Below, in pieces: positions 46,883 through 56,587 of a stretch of 64,000 bases of DNA (its first letter is position 1; every line of letters starts with the position of its first letter). Where the stretch lies: the IMG/VR virus record IMGVR_UViG_3300028840_003267; one strand, given 5' to 3'. The notes beneath the pieces are model-generated. The model ran no database searches and was not told where the DNA came from. It saw only the letters and a list, made by a program, of their open reading frames with translations. The stretch comes from an uncultured virus (IMG/VR IMGVR_UViG_3300028840_003267). Lineage: Duplodnaviria; Heunggongvirae; Uroviricota; Caudoviricetes. Position numbers and translations under genes: made by a program.

Positions 46883-48015
46883 CAAGTCGGTACGAGATTC
46901 TTGTAGGGGACGCCAAAGAGAAGCTACGGGAGATCCCTGACCAGTCTGTGCACTGCTGTGTGACGAGTCCTCCGTATTGGAATCTGCGTGATTACGATAT
47001 TAACGGACAGATAGGTCTGGAGGACACTCCAGAGGCTTTCGTACAGACTCTTGTAGAGGTCTTCAAGGAAGTTCATCGCGTCCTCCGGAATGATGGGACC
47101 TTGTTTGTTGTTCTAGGTGACAGCTATGCACAAGCGAAGGGACATGGGCATTGGGAAAGCCGTAAAGGGAAAGGTGACGAGAAGGGACAAAAGACTGTCA
47201 AACGATGGGCCAAAGTAGATGCCTCGGACTTTGGTCTCAAACCGAAGGATTTGATAGGTATACCCTGGAAGGTTGCTTTTGCCTTACGGGATGCTGGCTA
47301 CTATCTCAGGCAAGACCTTATATGGGCAAAAGGCATATCTGGTCCTCACTATCGTGGAGGTTCTTGTATGCCTGAACCGGTTCGAGATCGTTGTACAAGG
47401 TCTTTCGAGAATGTTTTCATGTTCTCTAAGAGTAGGTACTACTTCTACGACCACGAAGCGATCAAGGAAGACGCCGTCTCCGACCACGCAGCTGGGAACA
47501 ACTTCAAGAGACAGGAGCAGATTAGCAAGGGAGGTCCTGGCTCCGAGGAGAAGTGCGAGACCCTGTACAAGAAGCGGAACAGGCGATCCGTTTGGCATGT
47601 GGAGGATTCTACTGCTCTTCCTCTGTGGTTGGCAGAAAACCACCCTGATATCCTGGGTGACTTCTTGAAGGAGCAGGACCCAACAAACGTGTTTCATGTC
47701 AATCCTCAGCCCTTCAAGGGTTCCCACTTCGCCACTTTTCCGGAAGCCCTCATCACTCCGATGATACGGGCAGGAACCAGCTCAGAAGGCGTCTGTTCCT
47801 CCTGTGGTGCTCCGTGGAGAACCTGTGAGTGCGAAGAGACTACTCCTGTCCCAGCGACCGTCCTGGACCCCTTCTGCGGCTCAGGAACGACTGGTTTGGT
47901 GTGCGTGAAGAACGACCGGCATTTCATTGGGGTAGAACTGAACCCTGAGTATGCTGAGATAGCGAAGGAGAGGATTGAGAGCGGGATTCTTCCCTACGTG
48001 AAGCTCTTTGGTTAG
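46879..48015 (+). CDS. DNA methyltransferase (N4C/N6A, SPPY type)
   Basis: CCVTSPPYWNLRDY, KPKDLIGIPW, HFATFP, VLDPFCGSGTT, GVELNPEY. Confidence 0.93.
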   Translation: MTSRYEILVGDAKEKLREIPDQSVHCCVTSPPYWNLRDYDINGQIGLEDTPEAFVQTLVEVFKEVHRVLRNDGTLFVVLGDSYAQAKGHGHWESRKGKGDEKGQKTVKRWAKVDASDFGLKPKDLIGIPWKVAFALRDAGYYLRQDLIWAKGISGPHYRGGSCMPEPVRDRCTRSFENVFMFSKSRYYFYDHEAIKEDAVSDHAAGNNFKRQEQISKGGPGSEEKCETLYKKRNRRSVWHVEDSTALPLWLAENHPDILGDFLKEQDPTNVFHVNPQPFKGSHFATFPEALITPMIRAGTSSEGVCSSCGAPWRTCECEETTPVPATVLDPFCGSGTTGLVCVKNDRHFIGVELNPEYAEIAKERIESGILPYVKLFG

Positions 48016-48392
48016 TTCCCAGAGAGGTACTGATATTGAACGATGAGAAGGGCTTCGCGCATCGTCCAGAGGTCTTCAAGAGTATTCCAACCGCGTTCGG
48101 CGAGGAATGACGTCAAGTAGGACATGCCTTCGTCACGGGAGCCAAACCAAGCGAGAAGGGCCGCGATCTCTTCGTCCGTGGGATCAGGTTTCGGCTCATG
48201 CCAGTCGCTATCGACTTGAGCTTCTTCCACTGCCGTTTGGAGCATACGGTCCCAATCTGTAGCGGGTCTGGGCTGAGAGAACAGCTCTTCAGCCTCAGCC
48301 GTTTTCCGGGCTTTCGCGGCGCGGTTTCTCTTCACCTCTTCATCCGAGGGATTGACGCGACCGTTATTTCCAAGAAGACCATTCCAACCCAT
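48012..48392 (-). CDS. early hypothetical protein
   Basis: After promoter cassette variant. Confidence 0.65.
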   Translation of the reverse strand: MGWNGLLGNNGRVNPSDEEVKRNRAAKARKTAEAEELFSQPRPATDWDRMLQTAVEEAQVDSDWHEPKPDPTDEEIAALLAWFGSRDEGMSYLTSFLAERGWNTLEDLWTMREALLIVQYQYLSGN

Positions 48393-48445
48393 GATGTCCT
48401 CCAATTGACAAAGACTACATTACAGGAATCGCTTCAGTCTGTCAA
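48390..48445 (-). promoter_or_regulatory. sigma70-type promoter/RBS cassette (copy 8)
   Basis: TTGACA-17nt-TAATGT, TTGGAGG. Confidence 0.8.
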
Positions 48446-48455
48446 GAAAAACCCG

Positions 48456-48683
48456 CTACCGGATTACAATCCGTTCGCCTTTGTATTGGACCCAGGAGGT
48501 GCCGCTGTTGCTCCAGATCGTATGGTACACTCGACGCCAGCGAGAGTCTCCAGGCAACCGCACCTTGTGGTCGGTAGGGATCTTTGACCCATACCCAGAG
48601 GCAGTGTAGGTCAATCCTTGTAGGTGCCACCACAAGGGAGCGTACTTCTTCTCCAGCTCCTCGATAACGTAATGCTTCTCCAT
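48456..48683 (-). CDS. hypothetical phage protein
   Basis: TASGYGSKIPT...RWRRVY...SNSGT; AGGAG SD. Confidence 0.7.
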   Translation of the reverse strand: MEKHYVIEELEKKYAPLWWHLQGLTYTASGYGSKIPTDHKVRLPGDSRWRRVYHTIWSNSGTSWVQYKGERIVIR

Positions 48684-48696
48684 GTCATGCTCCTAT

Positions 48697-48915
48697 TCAG
48701 ACAGTGATGAGGTCTTTGAGGTCGTCCCACTTCTTTTGGTCCATGCAGAGGTGCATACCTGAGCTGTAGCGCATCTCCTGCCAGTTCTGATGGCGGGGGA
48801 CGAGGGAGACGACACGAACGGGACCGCGCTTCGTGGAGCGCCCTGTCTCGCGAACCGTCTGGGTACCGAAGCCGTCGTAGCACTCAGGGGCGTCGGTGTA
48901 ACGTTCTATGCTCAT
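48697..48915 (-). CDS. hypothetical protein
   Basis: Start moved to MSIERY after GGAGG. Confidence 0.65.
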   Translation of the reverse strand: MSIERYTDAPECYDGFGTQTVRETGRSTKRGPVRVVSLVPRHQNWQEMRYSSGMHLCMDQKKWDDLKDLITV

Positions 48916-48961
48916 ACTGTCCTCCACACTACAAGAATCTGTTCCTGGTGTATAGATCCGC

Positions 48962-49213
48962 TTAGTTCCACACGGTTGCGAGAGTCGGCCACTTGCCTTG
49001 GGCTCCGGAGAGTTCCCAAGCCCAATCGTAGACGACGTTGGAGGTCCAGACGATACCACCGTGACGGAGGTCGATGACCTCGTCGCAGTAGCCCTGATTC
49101 GTGTAGGTGCGGCACTTACGGCAGCAGATCGCCGCGTCGATGTTGGAATAGGTCTCGCCACAGGCGCATTCGTAGGGGTATTCAGTTCCATCGATTGTCG
49201 TGACGGTGTCCAT
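48962..49213 (-). CDS. early hypothetical zinc-binding protein
   Basis: CACG...CCRKC; after cassette. Confidence 0.65.
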   Translation of the reverse strand: MDTVTTIDGTEYPYECACGETYSNIDAAICCRKCRTYTNQGYCDEVIDLRHGGIVWTSNVVYDWAWELSGAQGKWPTLATVWN

Positions 49214-49266
49214 GCTTTCCTCCAACCAACTGAGAACACACTACAAGAATCTCGCTCCCATGTCAA
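49211..49266 (-). promoter_or_regulatory. sigma70-type promoter/RBS cassette (copy 9)
   Basis: TTGACA-17nt-TAGTGT, GTTGGTTGGAGGAAAGCATG. Confidence 0.85.
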
Positions 49267-49289
49267 CAAAAATCTAGTCAAAGAAATCC

Positions 49290-49541
49290 ATGAAGAAAAC
49301 CGAAGATCGCGAAGTCTTGAAGACCGTAGTGGTTGACGTCATCTGCAACAAGTGTGGAAAGAGCACAGAGGACGAAGCCAAGATGAACTTCGAGTTCGCC
49401 GAGATTCGCGCAAGTTGGGGCTATCATTCCGGAAAGGACATGGAAGTCCATCTAGCACACCTCTGCTCCTCTTGCTACGATGAGGTCGTTGTGGATTGGA
49501 AGATCTCGCCGCTTGTCGAAGACGGTGAGGAGTGGCTGTAG
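49290..49541 (+). CDS. hypothetical zinc-binding phage protein
   Basis: ICNKCG...WGYHSGKD...LCSSC; ATG 6 nt after AGTCAAAG. Confidence 0.7.
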   Translation: MKKTEDREVLKTVVVDVICNKCGKSTEDEAKMNFEFAEIRASWGYHSGKDMEVHLAHLCSSCYDEVVVDWKISPLVEDGEEWL

Positions 49542-49551
49542 GGGTTATCGG

Positions 49552-49803
49552 ATGTATGTACTTGTAGGCGAGATTCCTGGAGAGTCGATGGACTTCTACC
49601 CAAGGCAGACCTTCCCGGTCCGTGTGTCGGAGTCAAGGGAAAAGCTGGAAGCGTGGTGGAGACTGTTGCCGAAACCTCGTTTAAAAGACATGCCTTTGTC
49701 TGCGTATCCTGACGATGGGGATGACCCAAGGACTGTAGAGTTGGATGGTAGGGATATCCACTGTATAGGCATGTCTATTCTTGAAGTTCCGGTTCTATCT
49801 TAG
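49552..49803 (+). CDS. hypothetical protein
   Basis: Start moved to MYVLVGE. Confidence 0.5.
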   Translation: MYVLVGEIPGESMDFYPRQTFPVRVSESREKLEAWWRLLPKPRLKDMPLSAYPDDGDDPRTVELDGRDIHCIGMSILEVPVLS

Positions 49804-50038
49804 GGTATCTACAAGTATCGTGACGGATGACCTGCAAGCCATCGCGGACCTAACGAACTTCTTCGTTGAGAAGATCAAAGAGGAGTTCGGAGAAGATTTG
49901 TCCAAGATGTCTCCCTCTGAAATCGCACTGATGCGTGCAGGTCTCTACCCCTCGATGGACATCATAGAAGCCGCTGATGGCAAGAAGATGATTTCATCGA
50001 AGGAAATATTCAAAGCTCGACGAAGGGAGGACACATGA
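49781..50038 (+). CDS. hypothetical protein
   Basis: Packed + operon; start uncertain. Confidence 0.5.
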   Translation: MKFRFYLRVSTSIVTDDLQAIADLTNFFVEKIKEEFGEDLSKMSPSEIALMRAGLYPSMDIIEAADGKKMISSKEIFKARRREDT

Positions 50039-50062
50039 TGCTAGCCTAAAGGAGGTTCCATC

Positions 50063-50365
50063 GTGTGTTCCTATCCCGTTCGTGGTCGCGCTTGGCGTCG
50101 TGCTCAGTATGAGCGAGCTAAGAATCGTGTTCGTTTGCGTCAAGGGTACTATCTACTTGACTTCTTGAAGAAACCCGACAAGTACACCAACTACGTTCAG
50201 AATCAATATCTACTGGAGAGCGTCGTCTTAGGCTTCCATGCAAGGACGAGTCAGCCATGTTCCTGTTTGGGATGCGGGAACGAGCGTCATCATACCGGAC
50301 AACACAATCCGAATACGAGAAGGAGGATGGAGGAGGCGGACTATCAGGAGTCTTGGTCTGACTGA
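50063..50365 (+). CDS. small Arg-rich protein with CSCxxCGNxR motif
   Basis: AAGGAGG SD; preceded by mini-ORF MMLA*. Confidence 0.65.
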   Translation: MCSYPVRGRAWRRAQYERAKNRVRLRQGYYLLDFLKKPDKYTNYVQNQYLLESVVLGFHARTSQPCSCLGCGNERHHTGQHNPNTRRRMEEADYQESWSD

Positions 50366-50664
50366 ACCATCTCTGTGTCATCAGACAGCGTGTCGGATAA
50401 TGTAGGGATAGGTGTCATGCTCGTGGGACAAGTGCCGTTTCGTCTGGGGCACTCGTTTTCAAGGAGGGTGAGTCGTCGTGCCCCATCGACGTAGGCTTGT
50501 CTGACCAGCTCGACATTGGTGTTGAGGACTTTGAGTTGCCTCTTTATGTCCTTTACATCTTGCCGTTGCTCCGTGAGAGCGTCAAGAACCTTCTCCCAAG
50601 GGTCGAATTCAACGGTGTCAACAGGTTCGAGTTCGGGAGCCGCAGATGGTTTACTCATAGTCAA
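50344..50664 (-). CDS. hypothetical coiled-coil protein
   Basis: Heptad pattern; GGTTAT motif upstream. Confidence 0.55.
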   Translation of the reverse strand: MTMSKPSAAPELEPVDTVEFDPWEKVLDALTEQRQDVKDIKRQLKVLNTNVELVRQAYVDGARRLTLLENECPRRNGTCPTSMTPIPTLSDTLSDDTEMVQSDQDS

Positions 50665-50714
50665 ATCCAGACAAAAAGAGAGACACGTTACATCCTACAA
50701 CACAATAACCCTTC

Positions 50715-51128
50715 TCATGCTTCTTTCTTGAGAAGCTCGATTGTAGCAGCGAGTAGCTCCCCTAGGGCTATCCTCTTGGAGGTAGGGGCTACCTCCAATT
50801 TGTTGAGGTTGCGCCTGATAGCTTTGACGAAGGTAGGTACCTTTCCAGTGCATCCATAAAGCTCAATGTTCTCCTCTAGATCGAACGTGCTTCCAGAGGC
50901 TTGGAAGAGGATCTTCCGCTCCGGAGTCACATCTACAAGAAGCTCTGCGCCCTTCTTCTCGAAGTGCTTACACAGGATTGAAGCGCTGGGTTTCATTGCT
51001 GTAGGGGATACTCGACGGTCAGGTTTGAACAGGGGTTGCTTGGGGGTTATAACGCCCACTGACCGTCGTTTAGAAGCTACTTGCTGTAGTATTGTAGTAC
51101 TCTTCGGGGATCGACGGCAGCATGCCAT
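50715..51128 (-). CDS. hypothetical protein
   Basis: End of virion operon. Confidence 0.6.
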   Translation of the reverse strand: MACCRRSPKSTTILQQVASKRRSVGVITPKQPLFKPDRRVSPTAMKPSASILCKHFEKKGAELLVDVTPERKILFQASGSTFDLEENIELYGCTGKVPTFVKAIRRNLNKLEVAPTSKRIALGELLAATIELLKKEA

Positions 51129-51131
51129 GAG

Positions 51132-51665
51132 TTAGACCTTTTCTGGTAGAAAGTCCAAGGGGCGCTCGCTACAGAACTGCGACAGGTCTGTTGGAGTCAC
51201 CAGTTCAGGATCCATGTCCTGTGCAGGGAAATACCCTGAATTCAGGAGGAGAAGTGCTCCGAGTTCCGAGCACGAGTAGGCACTGCTGTTGGTGACGGTC
51301 TTCGTCCAGAGCCAATCCCGGAACTTCTTGATTGGGACCATGTAGTAGAGGATCAGCAAGAACATATGAGTCAGGATGACCTTGTAGTCATAGGGCTTGC
51401 CGATGTAACCGTAGCACTTCCTCAGCCCTTCCTCCGCTCCGGAGAAGGTACACTGGTACCTCTTCATGAGGGTATACTCTTCGTAAACCGTCTCTGGAGC
51501 TTCTACAACAATGCCAGAAGGTTGAGCATGAACAACCATCTTGGCTCCCCAGGTGTCCGAGTCGTACTCTATCCAGGTGTGTGAATAGGGTCCTCTGGTG
51601 AGCTTCCGGATCAGCCAGGACTTCAGGTTGTACGGCTGACTTCCGAAACATAAGTATACTGCCAT
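51132..51665 (-). CDS. permuted papain-like NlpC/P60 (YiiX/YebB-type) hydrolase
   Basis: N-terminal YSHTWI His, GKPYDY, C-terminal YSCSEL Cys. Confidence 0.8.
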   Translation of the reverse strand: MAVYLCFGSQPYNLKSWLIRKLTRGPYSHTWIEYDSDTWGAKMVVHAQPSGIVVEAPETVYEEYTLMKRYQCTFSGAEEGLRKCYGYIGKPYDYKVILTHMFLLILYYMVPIKKFRDWLWTKTVTNSSAYSCSELGALLLLNSGYFPAQDMDPELVTPTDLSQFCSERPLDFLPEKV

Positions 51666-51674
51666 GACATGTCT

Positions 51675-52364
51675 CTACTTCCAGGTTCGGAATAGGAGAT
51701 AGATGTAGGGCTTTTCCCCAGTGGTAGCAGTGGAGTGGTAGATAACTCGGATTCGCAACATCGTCGGCATGGCTGCTGTTCCCTCAGCGACAACATGTGT
51801 AATCCCTGAAGGTGGTACAGGAGATTTGTAATTCTCCTCTCCTCTAACAAGATGTCGAACCGCTACCCATCCTCCTACCCCATCTGGAGCCACAATTGCG
51901 ATCTCCATCGAATCCTTGTTAAAACCAGCAATATGATTCTTAAGCTCTACACTAACACCCTGAACTTCTCTTGTCTCAGCAAACCCAACAAGGTGTTCAG
52001 TTGACGTATTCAAGTCAGCTTCAAAGTTAACCCCAACAGCTTGAAGGTCTTTGAGATTCGATCCCGTAGGCTCAAGGGTGACTGATGTGACCTCTGCTGG
52101 AAGAGCGTCTCCTGTGTGTGCAAGACAGATAGCGTCCAACATAGACTGTTCATCAGTGCTTAAGTCTGCCTTGAACCAGATATTGCAAATGTCATCACTC
52201 TCTTCATTGACCACAATGTCTACAGAGTCTAGGACAATAGTGATAGAGAGCTGATCCGAAGACCTGATGTAATTTTCAATATCGAAGCTGAGACGCCCCG
52301 CATCTACAATACCATTGGCAAAGTTGGCTACGTTGATGTTCTTGGGATAATTTGTAGACGCCAT
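51675..52364 (-). CDS. putative virion structural protein
   Basis: Position in tail module; beta-rich C-terminus. Confidence 0.55.
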   Translation of the reverse strand: MASTNYPKNINVANFANGIVDAGRLSFDIENYIRSSDQLSITIVLDSVDIVVNEESDDICNIWFKADLSTDEQSMLDAICLAHTGDALPAEVTSVTLEPTGSNLKDLQAVGVNFEADLNTSTEHLVGFAETREVQGVSVELKNHIAGFNKDSMEIAIVAPDGVGGWVAVRHLVRGEENYKSPVPPSGITHVVAEGTAAMPTMLRIRVIYHSTATTGEKPYIYLLFRTWK

Positions 52365-52366
52365 GC

Positions 52367-53350
52367 CTATACCTCATTCCGCCGTGTTAGTTTGATATGT
52401 AAGCGCCGGATCGTTGCTGCGTACTTCTTTGAACTCGACCAGTAAGAGATATTGAAGGTGTGGCTACCCTCGGTCAAAGTAAGCTTTTTTTTCCCAACAC
52501 TGCTCGTCCACTCTTCACCGTCGGTATGGTCCCTAGCTATTTCACTTCCATCAGCCTCTACGGAGCTATAGGCTGTGGCATTAGAGGTTGACGATCGGTA
52601 CTCGAATGACCAGTCTAAATCCCATACGCTGTTTTCTTGTACCTCGTTGGCAGTGAGGACCAAACGTACACGAGGAACTTTTGACGTCGTGCTAGTCTGC
52701 TGTTGGTCCTCTGCTTCGTAGCTGCCCTTAGCAGTAAAGTCCGCGATAGAGACGATTTGTGTATTTGGGCTGCCCAGTTGTGTTCTGTTGTCAACTATAC
52801 CGTCAATCTCTTCTTTGGTTGAAGCAGCCAGGATATCCAACTTTAGCTGGCTTTCTGATTCTTGAAGTTCTAAGATGGCGGCTGCGGTTGAGGCTACTAA
52901 CTCTCGTAGGGAACTTCTATCCGTGACATAGTAGGTGGTACTATTCAGGCATTGTATTGGAAATGGATAAGTTATAGCCTTCTTTTCATCCAGAAGAAGT
53001 AGGCTGCTATACACAAAAGCAAAGGTTGTATCCATAGAGAAAGTTCTCTCATCATATAGGAAGCCAAGACTCTCTAACGTTTGCGTGTTCATCTTGATTT
53101 CTTGGATACGATTATTCTTGTAGTCATCGAGATCGGTGACTTCCGTATAATGAGAAATATCTGTACCATTACCTGCTGTAAGCTTGTGGTACAGTACAGC
53201 TCCACGTTTTCCTTTGACGACTACGTTATCTGGGGCATTTTCAACCACAGTTACGATACTAGGATTTACGTCTTGAGCTATCTCCAGTGGACGGAAAACA
53301 CTACTGACTCCTATGACGTTGTTGTCTATGTCGAGGTAGGCTGTTGTCAT
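52367..53350 (-). CDS. tail fibre-associated protein with DUF4376-like domain
   Basis: YKNNRIQEIK...GFLYDERTFSMD...LKLDILAASTKEEIDGI. Confidence 0.55.
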   Translation of the reverse strand: MTTAYLDIDNNVIGVSSVFRPLEIAQDVNPSIVTVVENAPDNVVVKGKRGAVLYHKLTAGNGTDISHYTEVTDLDDYKNNRIQEIKMNTQTLESLGFLYDERTFSMDTTFAFVYSSLLLLDEKKAITYPFPIQCLNSTTYYVTDRSSLRELVASTAAAILELQESESQLKLDILAASTKEEIDGIVDNRTQLGSPNTQIVSIADFTAKGSYEAEDQQQTSTTSKVPRVRLVLTANEVQENSVWDLDWSFEYRSSTSNATAYSSVEADGSEIARDHTDGEEWTSSVGKKKLTLTEGSHTFNISYWSSSKKYAATIRRLHIKLTRRNEV

Positions 53351-53352
53351 AG

Positions 53353-55749
53353 TTAGCTCCAGAAGTATCCTTTTAGTGTTGTTGAAAGCAATGCTATACC
53401 GTCAGCAAAGGTGTCGTCCAAGTTTCCGCCAGATGCGTCCCTAAAAATGGATATACCCAAAAGATATCCTGGTATCATATCATACACGGGTATGGTGAAG
53501 GAGGTCGTGTATGAGTAGTACTGAGCGTCGCCCGTCACATTCGTGATGTCTGTGAGGATTGTTTCAGATAGTGTGCCATCGAATACGTTTTCATCCGCTG
53601 CTTTCGAGTAAGCAAGTTCCAGCTCAACATCCCCAGATCCAGCAGCAGTTTTCATCCATTTTATAGTTAGTGTAAGGGGGTAGGAGGTATCCAATCCAAA
53701 AGGAATGTCAACAATACCAGCTCGACCATCTATGGTACCATTAGCAAACTCATTATCGACTAACCCTACTTGAACATTTGTTGAGAAGTCAATGTTTTCG
53801 TCTACCGGGGACCATCCTGTTCTGTCTTCTAGCAGCCCAAGGTGCCAAAGCATACTACGGCGAGGACGACTCTCTCCAAAATACTCTAGGAATCCATGTG
53901 GTCCTATTCTTATAGAGTTGACGGTTGCCTTCATCTGTTCAAGAATAGGACTTGATGTGTATGCTGTTACCAGGCGGTAGCGTACCCAATAGGCTGTTGT
54001 TCCATTCAGGGATTTGGTCGTCCATCCAGGTAAAGGTCCAGCCCGTAGCTGGTATTCTCCAACTATTCCAGCTATATTTGACCCATATTGATTATGAGGA
54101 CTTCCATCATCAGTAGCCATTATAGCAGCGGAAGTCCAGGCAGACCCATTCCAATATTCAAAAATAGCCACCCCAGTACCTGCTACACCTGCTGTTGTTA
54201 TATTCAGATAGGAACCAGTGAAGGGACGATCATTTCCAAAATAGAAGCAATTTCCTGCGGTTACTCCAGTAAATATAGCAGTGGTGGACGAAGATTCTGA
54301 CTTTAGTATGGTAGTGACATCAGACCATGTACCTATTTCAAGATTTGTGTTTCTGAAGCAGTATATATTAGCAGTATTCTGGCCACCTTGCCCGAAGTAG
54401 GAATATGTGCCGTGGTTTTGCGATCCAACGCTCAGCTTTCCCCATACTTTAAAGGAAGCATCTCCTATGGTCTCATCTTGAAACGCTAGGAAGTGGTCTG
54501 CGTTGGCGTGAAAGTTGTCATCCGCAGAGATATTAGCTTCCAGCATCTCAGCGCCACTGAGGTGTACCGTACAGGAACTGGCAGCAGCATCTACTTCTAG
54601 GTCTAGTCCGCATCCAGCGCAACGTAAGTTGCGAATTTGCACGTCAGCACTCCCACTAGTGATGTGTAGCGCACTTCCAGTGAGGTCTTGGAATTCAGCC
54701 ACAGTACCTATGACTTGTCCTGCTCCACAGCTAATTCCGTCTGTAATTCCTGCTCCTCTAAGTACCATCCCATCAAAGGCGAACAGCCCTCCAGACACAA
54801 GAACAGCGTCTGTTATGGCAGTAACATACTTTGATATTAGTGTAGACCTTACAAACAGTTCTCCATTTGTAACTTCAAAGACACACGCCATGGAGCCCTG
54901 TTGAATAAAGGAATCCATGATCTCTGACGACCCAGACCCTGTTTGTCCATAGCACTTGCCTGACCCTCCTGAGCCAATGAAGACAATGTCACGGCTTACT
55001 GCTAAGGAGGGTGCTGCCCCAGCATATTCAATGGCGTAGGTTGCATCGGTGGGAAGCGTTATTTGAAAGCCACGGAGTACTGCCCCATTATTGAGAGCCA
55101 CCCGTGTCCCTGTAGCAAGGGTTCCCGTGATCTTTGTTACTCTAGACCCACTCTGCCCAAGGACAGTAACTCCAGCAGGAACTGTGAAGCTCTCTGCGTA
55201 GGTTCCTGGACCACAAATAACTACATCCCCTGCTGAAGCGGCAGCAAGAGCTAGAGTTATGGAAGCATAAGAAATGCGTGTCCCAGCTGATGTGTCTAGG
55301 AGGACAACACCATTGACAGCTCCTGGGATGTTGTCCAGCTCACTTTCAAGCACAACAGAACTATCAAGACCAATATCTATATCATTTGTATTTCCAGTTA
55401 GTGTTACGAGACTTGACGACGATAGGAGGCTTTTGAGGCGGATGTCCGTTCCAACCTTCTCCTTGAAGAAACTGGTACCAGTACCAACTATGGTGACAGT
55501 GTTCTTCTCTCCTTCATTCAAAAAGGTAAGAGACTCTGCTTGTGTTAGGTCTATAGCGTCTACAGACAGGAGGATAGAACCACTATTTATAGATGTAAAT
55601 AGCTCATCTGAGCGTTGAATCTCTTGGATCGTATTGTAGTCAGATATGGTCTCCTGACCAGACCCAGGGATAACGCCATTGGTTGCTTTGAGCCTTTTGA
55701 CTGGTATATCAAATGCCGTTTGATTCTTGGCAATTACTGTAGTAGCCAT
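53353..55749 (-). CDS. tail spike/fibre protein with parallel beta-helix region
   Basis: YASITLALAAASAGDVVICGPGTYAES is a typical pectin-lyase-like beta-helix entry motif; G/T/S rich. Confidence 0.7.
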   Translation of the reverse strand: MATTVIAKNQTAFDIPVKRLKATNGVIPGSGQETISDYNTIQEIQRSDELFTSINSGSILLSVDAIDLTQAESLTFLNEGEKNTVTIVGTGTSFFKEKVGTDIRLKSLLSSSSLVTLTGNTNDIDIGLDSSVVLESELDNIPGAVNGVVLLDTSAGTRISYASITLALAAASAGDVVICGPGTYAESFTVPAGVTVLGQSGSRVTKITGTLATGTRVALNNGAVLRGFQITLPTDATYAIEYAGAAPSLAVSRDIVFIGSGGSGKCYGQTGSGSSEIMDSFIQQGSMACVFEVTNGELFVRSTLISKYVTAITDAVLVSGGLFAFDGMVLRGAGITDGISCGAGQVIGTVAEFQDLTGSALHITSGSADVQIRNLRCAGCGLDLEVDAAASSCTVHLSGAEMLEANISADDNFHANADHFLAFQDETIGDASFKVWGKLSVGSQNHGTYSYFGQGGQNTANIYCFRNTNLEIGTWSDVTTILKSESSSTTAIFTGVTAGNCFYFGNDRPFTGSYLNITTAGVAGTGVAIFEYWNGSAWTSAAIMATDDGSPHNQYGSNIAGIVGEYQLRAGPLPGWTTKSLNGTTAYWVRYRLVTAYTSSPILEQMKATVNSIRIGPHGFLEYFGESRPRRSMLWHLGLLEDRTGWSPVDENIDFSTNVQVGLVDNEFANGTIDGRAGIVDIPFGLDTSYPLTLTIKWMKTAAGSGDVELELAYSKAADENVFDGTLSETILTDITNVTGDAQYYSYTTSFTIPVYDMIPGYLLGISIFRDASGGNLDDTFADGIALLSTTLKGYFWS

Positions 55750-55752
55750 TGA

Positions 55753-56586
55753 CTAAATCCTCCACTTGACGCGTACCCAACCAGTTGCATTCGTTGTGGC
55801 ATTTCCTCCAGCCTGATTGGTTACTGCTAGAACACCCCCTTGGGTGAAGTTACCGTCAAGGTTGGTAGCTTGTCCAGCCACGGCTGCTGAGGCTACTGTA
55901 GCACGAGATGTACCACTTTCTACGATATCGAAGGTCATCGCATCTGTGTCGTCACGAGTATAACCAAATGATACGATGGTTCCATTGAAGTGAGCGGTGT
56001 ACCCATTTGTAGCGGAGAGTACTAGTCCGTCCGTTCCTGAGTAGTATGACCCAGTAGCTGTGATTCCTGCTCCACCAAATTGTATGACACTCGACTCTAT
56101 AGAGAGCCATTTCGACCTGGTTCCATCCCACATCATGATCATATCTAGTACAGTATTGTAGTAGATATCTCCTTCAACAGGAGGGGGAGTTGCTGGGTCA
56201 GTAGCTGAGGGTGGATATTTCGAGCTGAAGGCTTGGCCTCCAATCGTACTTCCGTCCAAACGTAGAGTAGAATCTACCACCAAATCAGACTTATAGATGA
56301 TGTAGGTTGTACCTCCAATATTAAGTTGCACGGTAATGGTCTGGTCTGACGTATCACGATTGTGAATGGAAAAATCACTGATTAGACGGCGTGTGTTAGC
56401 AGCAGGAGCTGCTACAAGAGTGACTGGGGTTGTTCCACTGGTATTGACTTGATTGCTGTCTTCCGTGAACGCTGTACCTGTCTCGTCAGCGTAGTGAGCT
56501 ACACATTGAAGCTCGTTCGTCGTGACGGCTCCTCCAAGAACAACTTCAAGGGATTCATTTACTGCCCCTAAAACCCAAGCAACCAT
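55753..56586 (-). CDS. putative tail fibre/virion protein
   Basis: TDPATPPPVEGDIYYNT...WDG..WLS motif common in fibre proteins. Confidence 0.65.
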   Translation of the reverse strand: MVAWVLGAVNESLEVVLGGAVTTNELQCVAHYADETGTAFTEDSNQVNTSGTTPVTLVAAPAANTRRLISDFSIHNRDTSDQTITVQLNIGGTTYIIYKSDLVVDSTLRLDGSTIGGQAFSSKYPPSATDPATPPPVEGDIYYNTVLDMIMMWDGTRSKWLSIESSVIQFGGAGITATGSYYSGTDGLVLSATNGYTAHFNGTIVSFGYTRDDTDAMTFDIVESGTSRATVASAAVAGQATNLDGNFTQGGVLAVTNQAGGNATTNATGWVRVKWRI

Positions 56587-56587
56587 A

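Noticed and set aside
49543..49548. GGTTAT as a promoter for the gene starting at 49552
   Set aside because: Only 3 nt from the in-frame ATG and overlapping a likely SD; probably coincidental.
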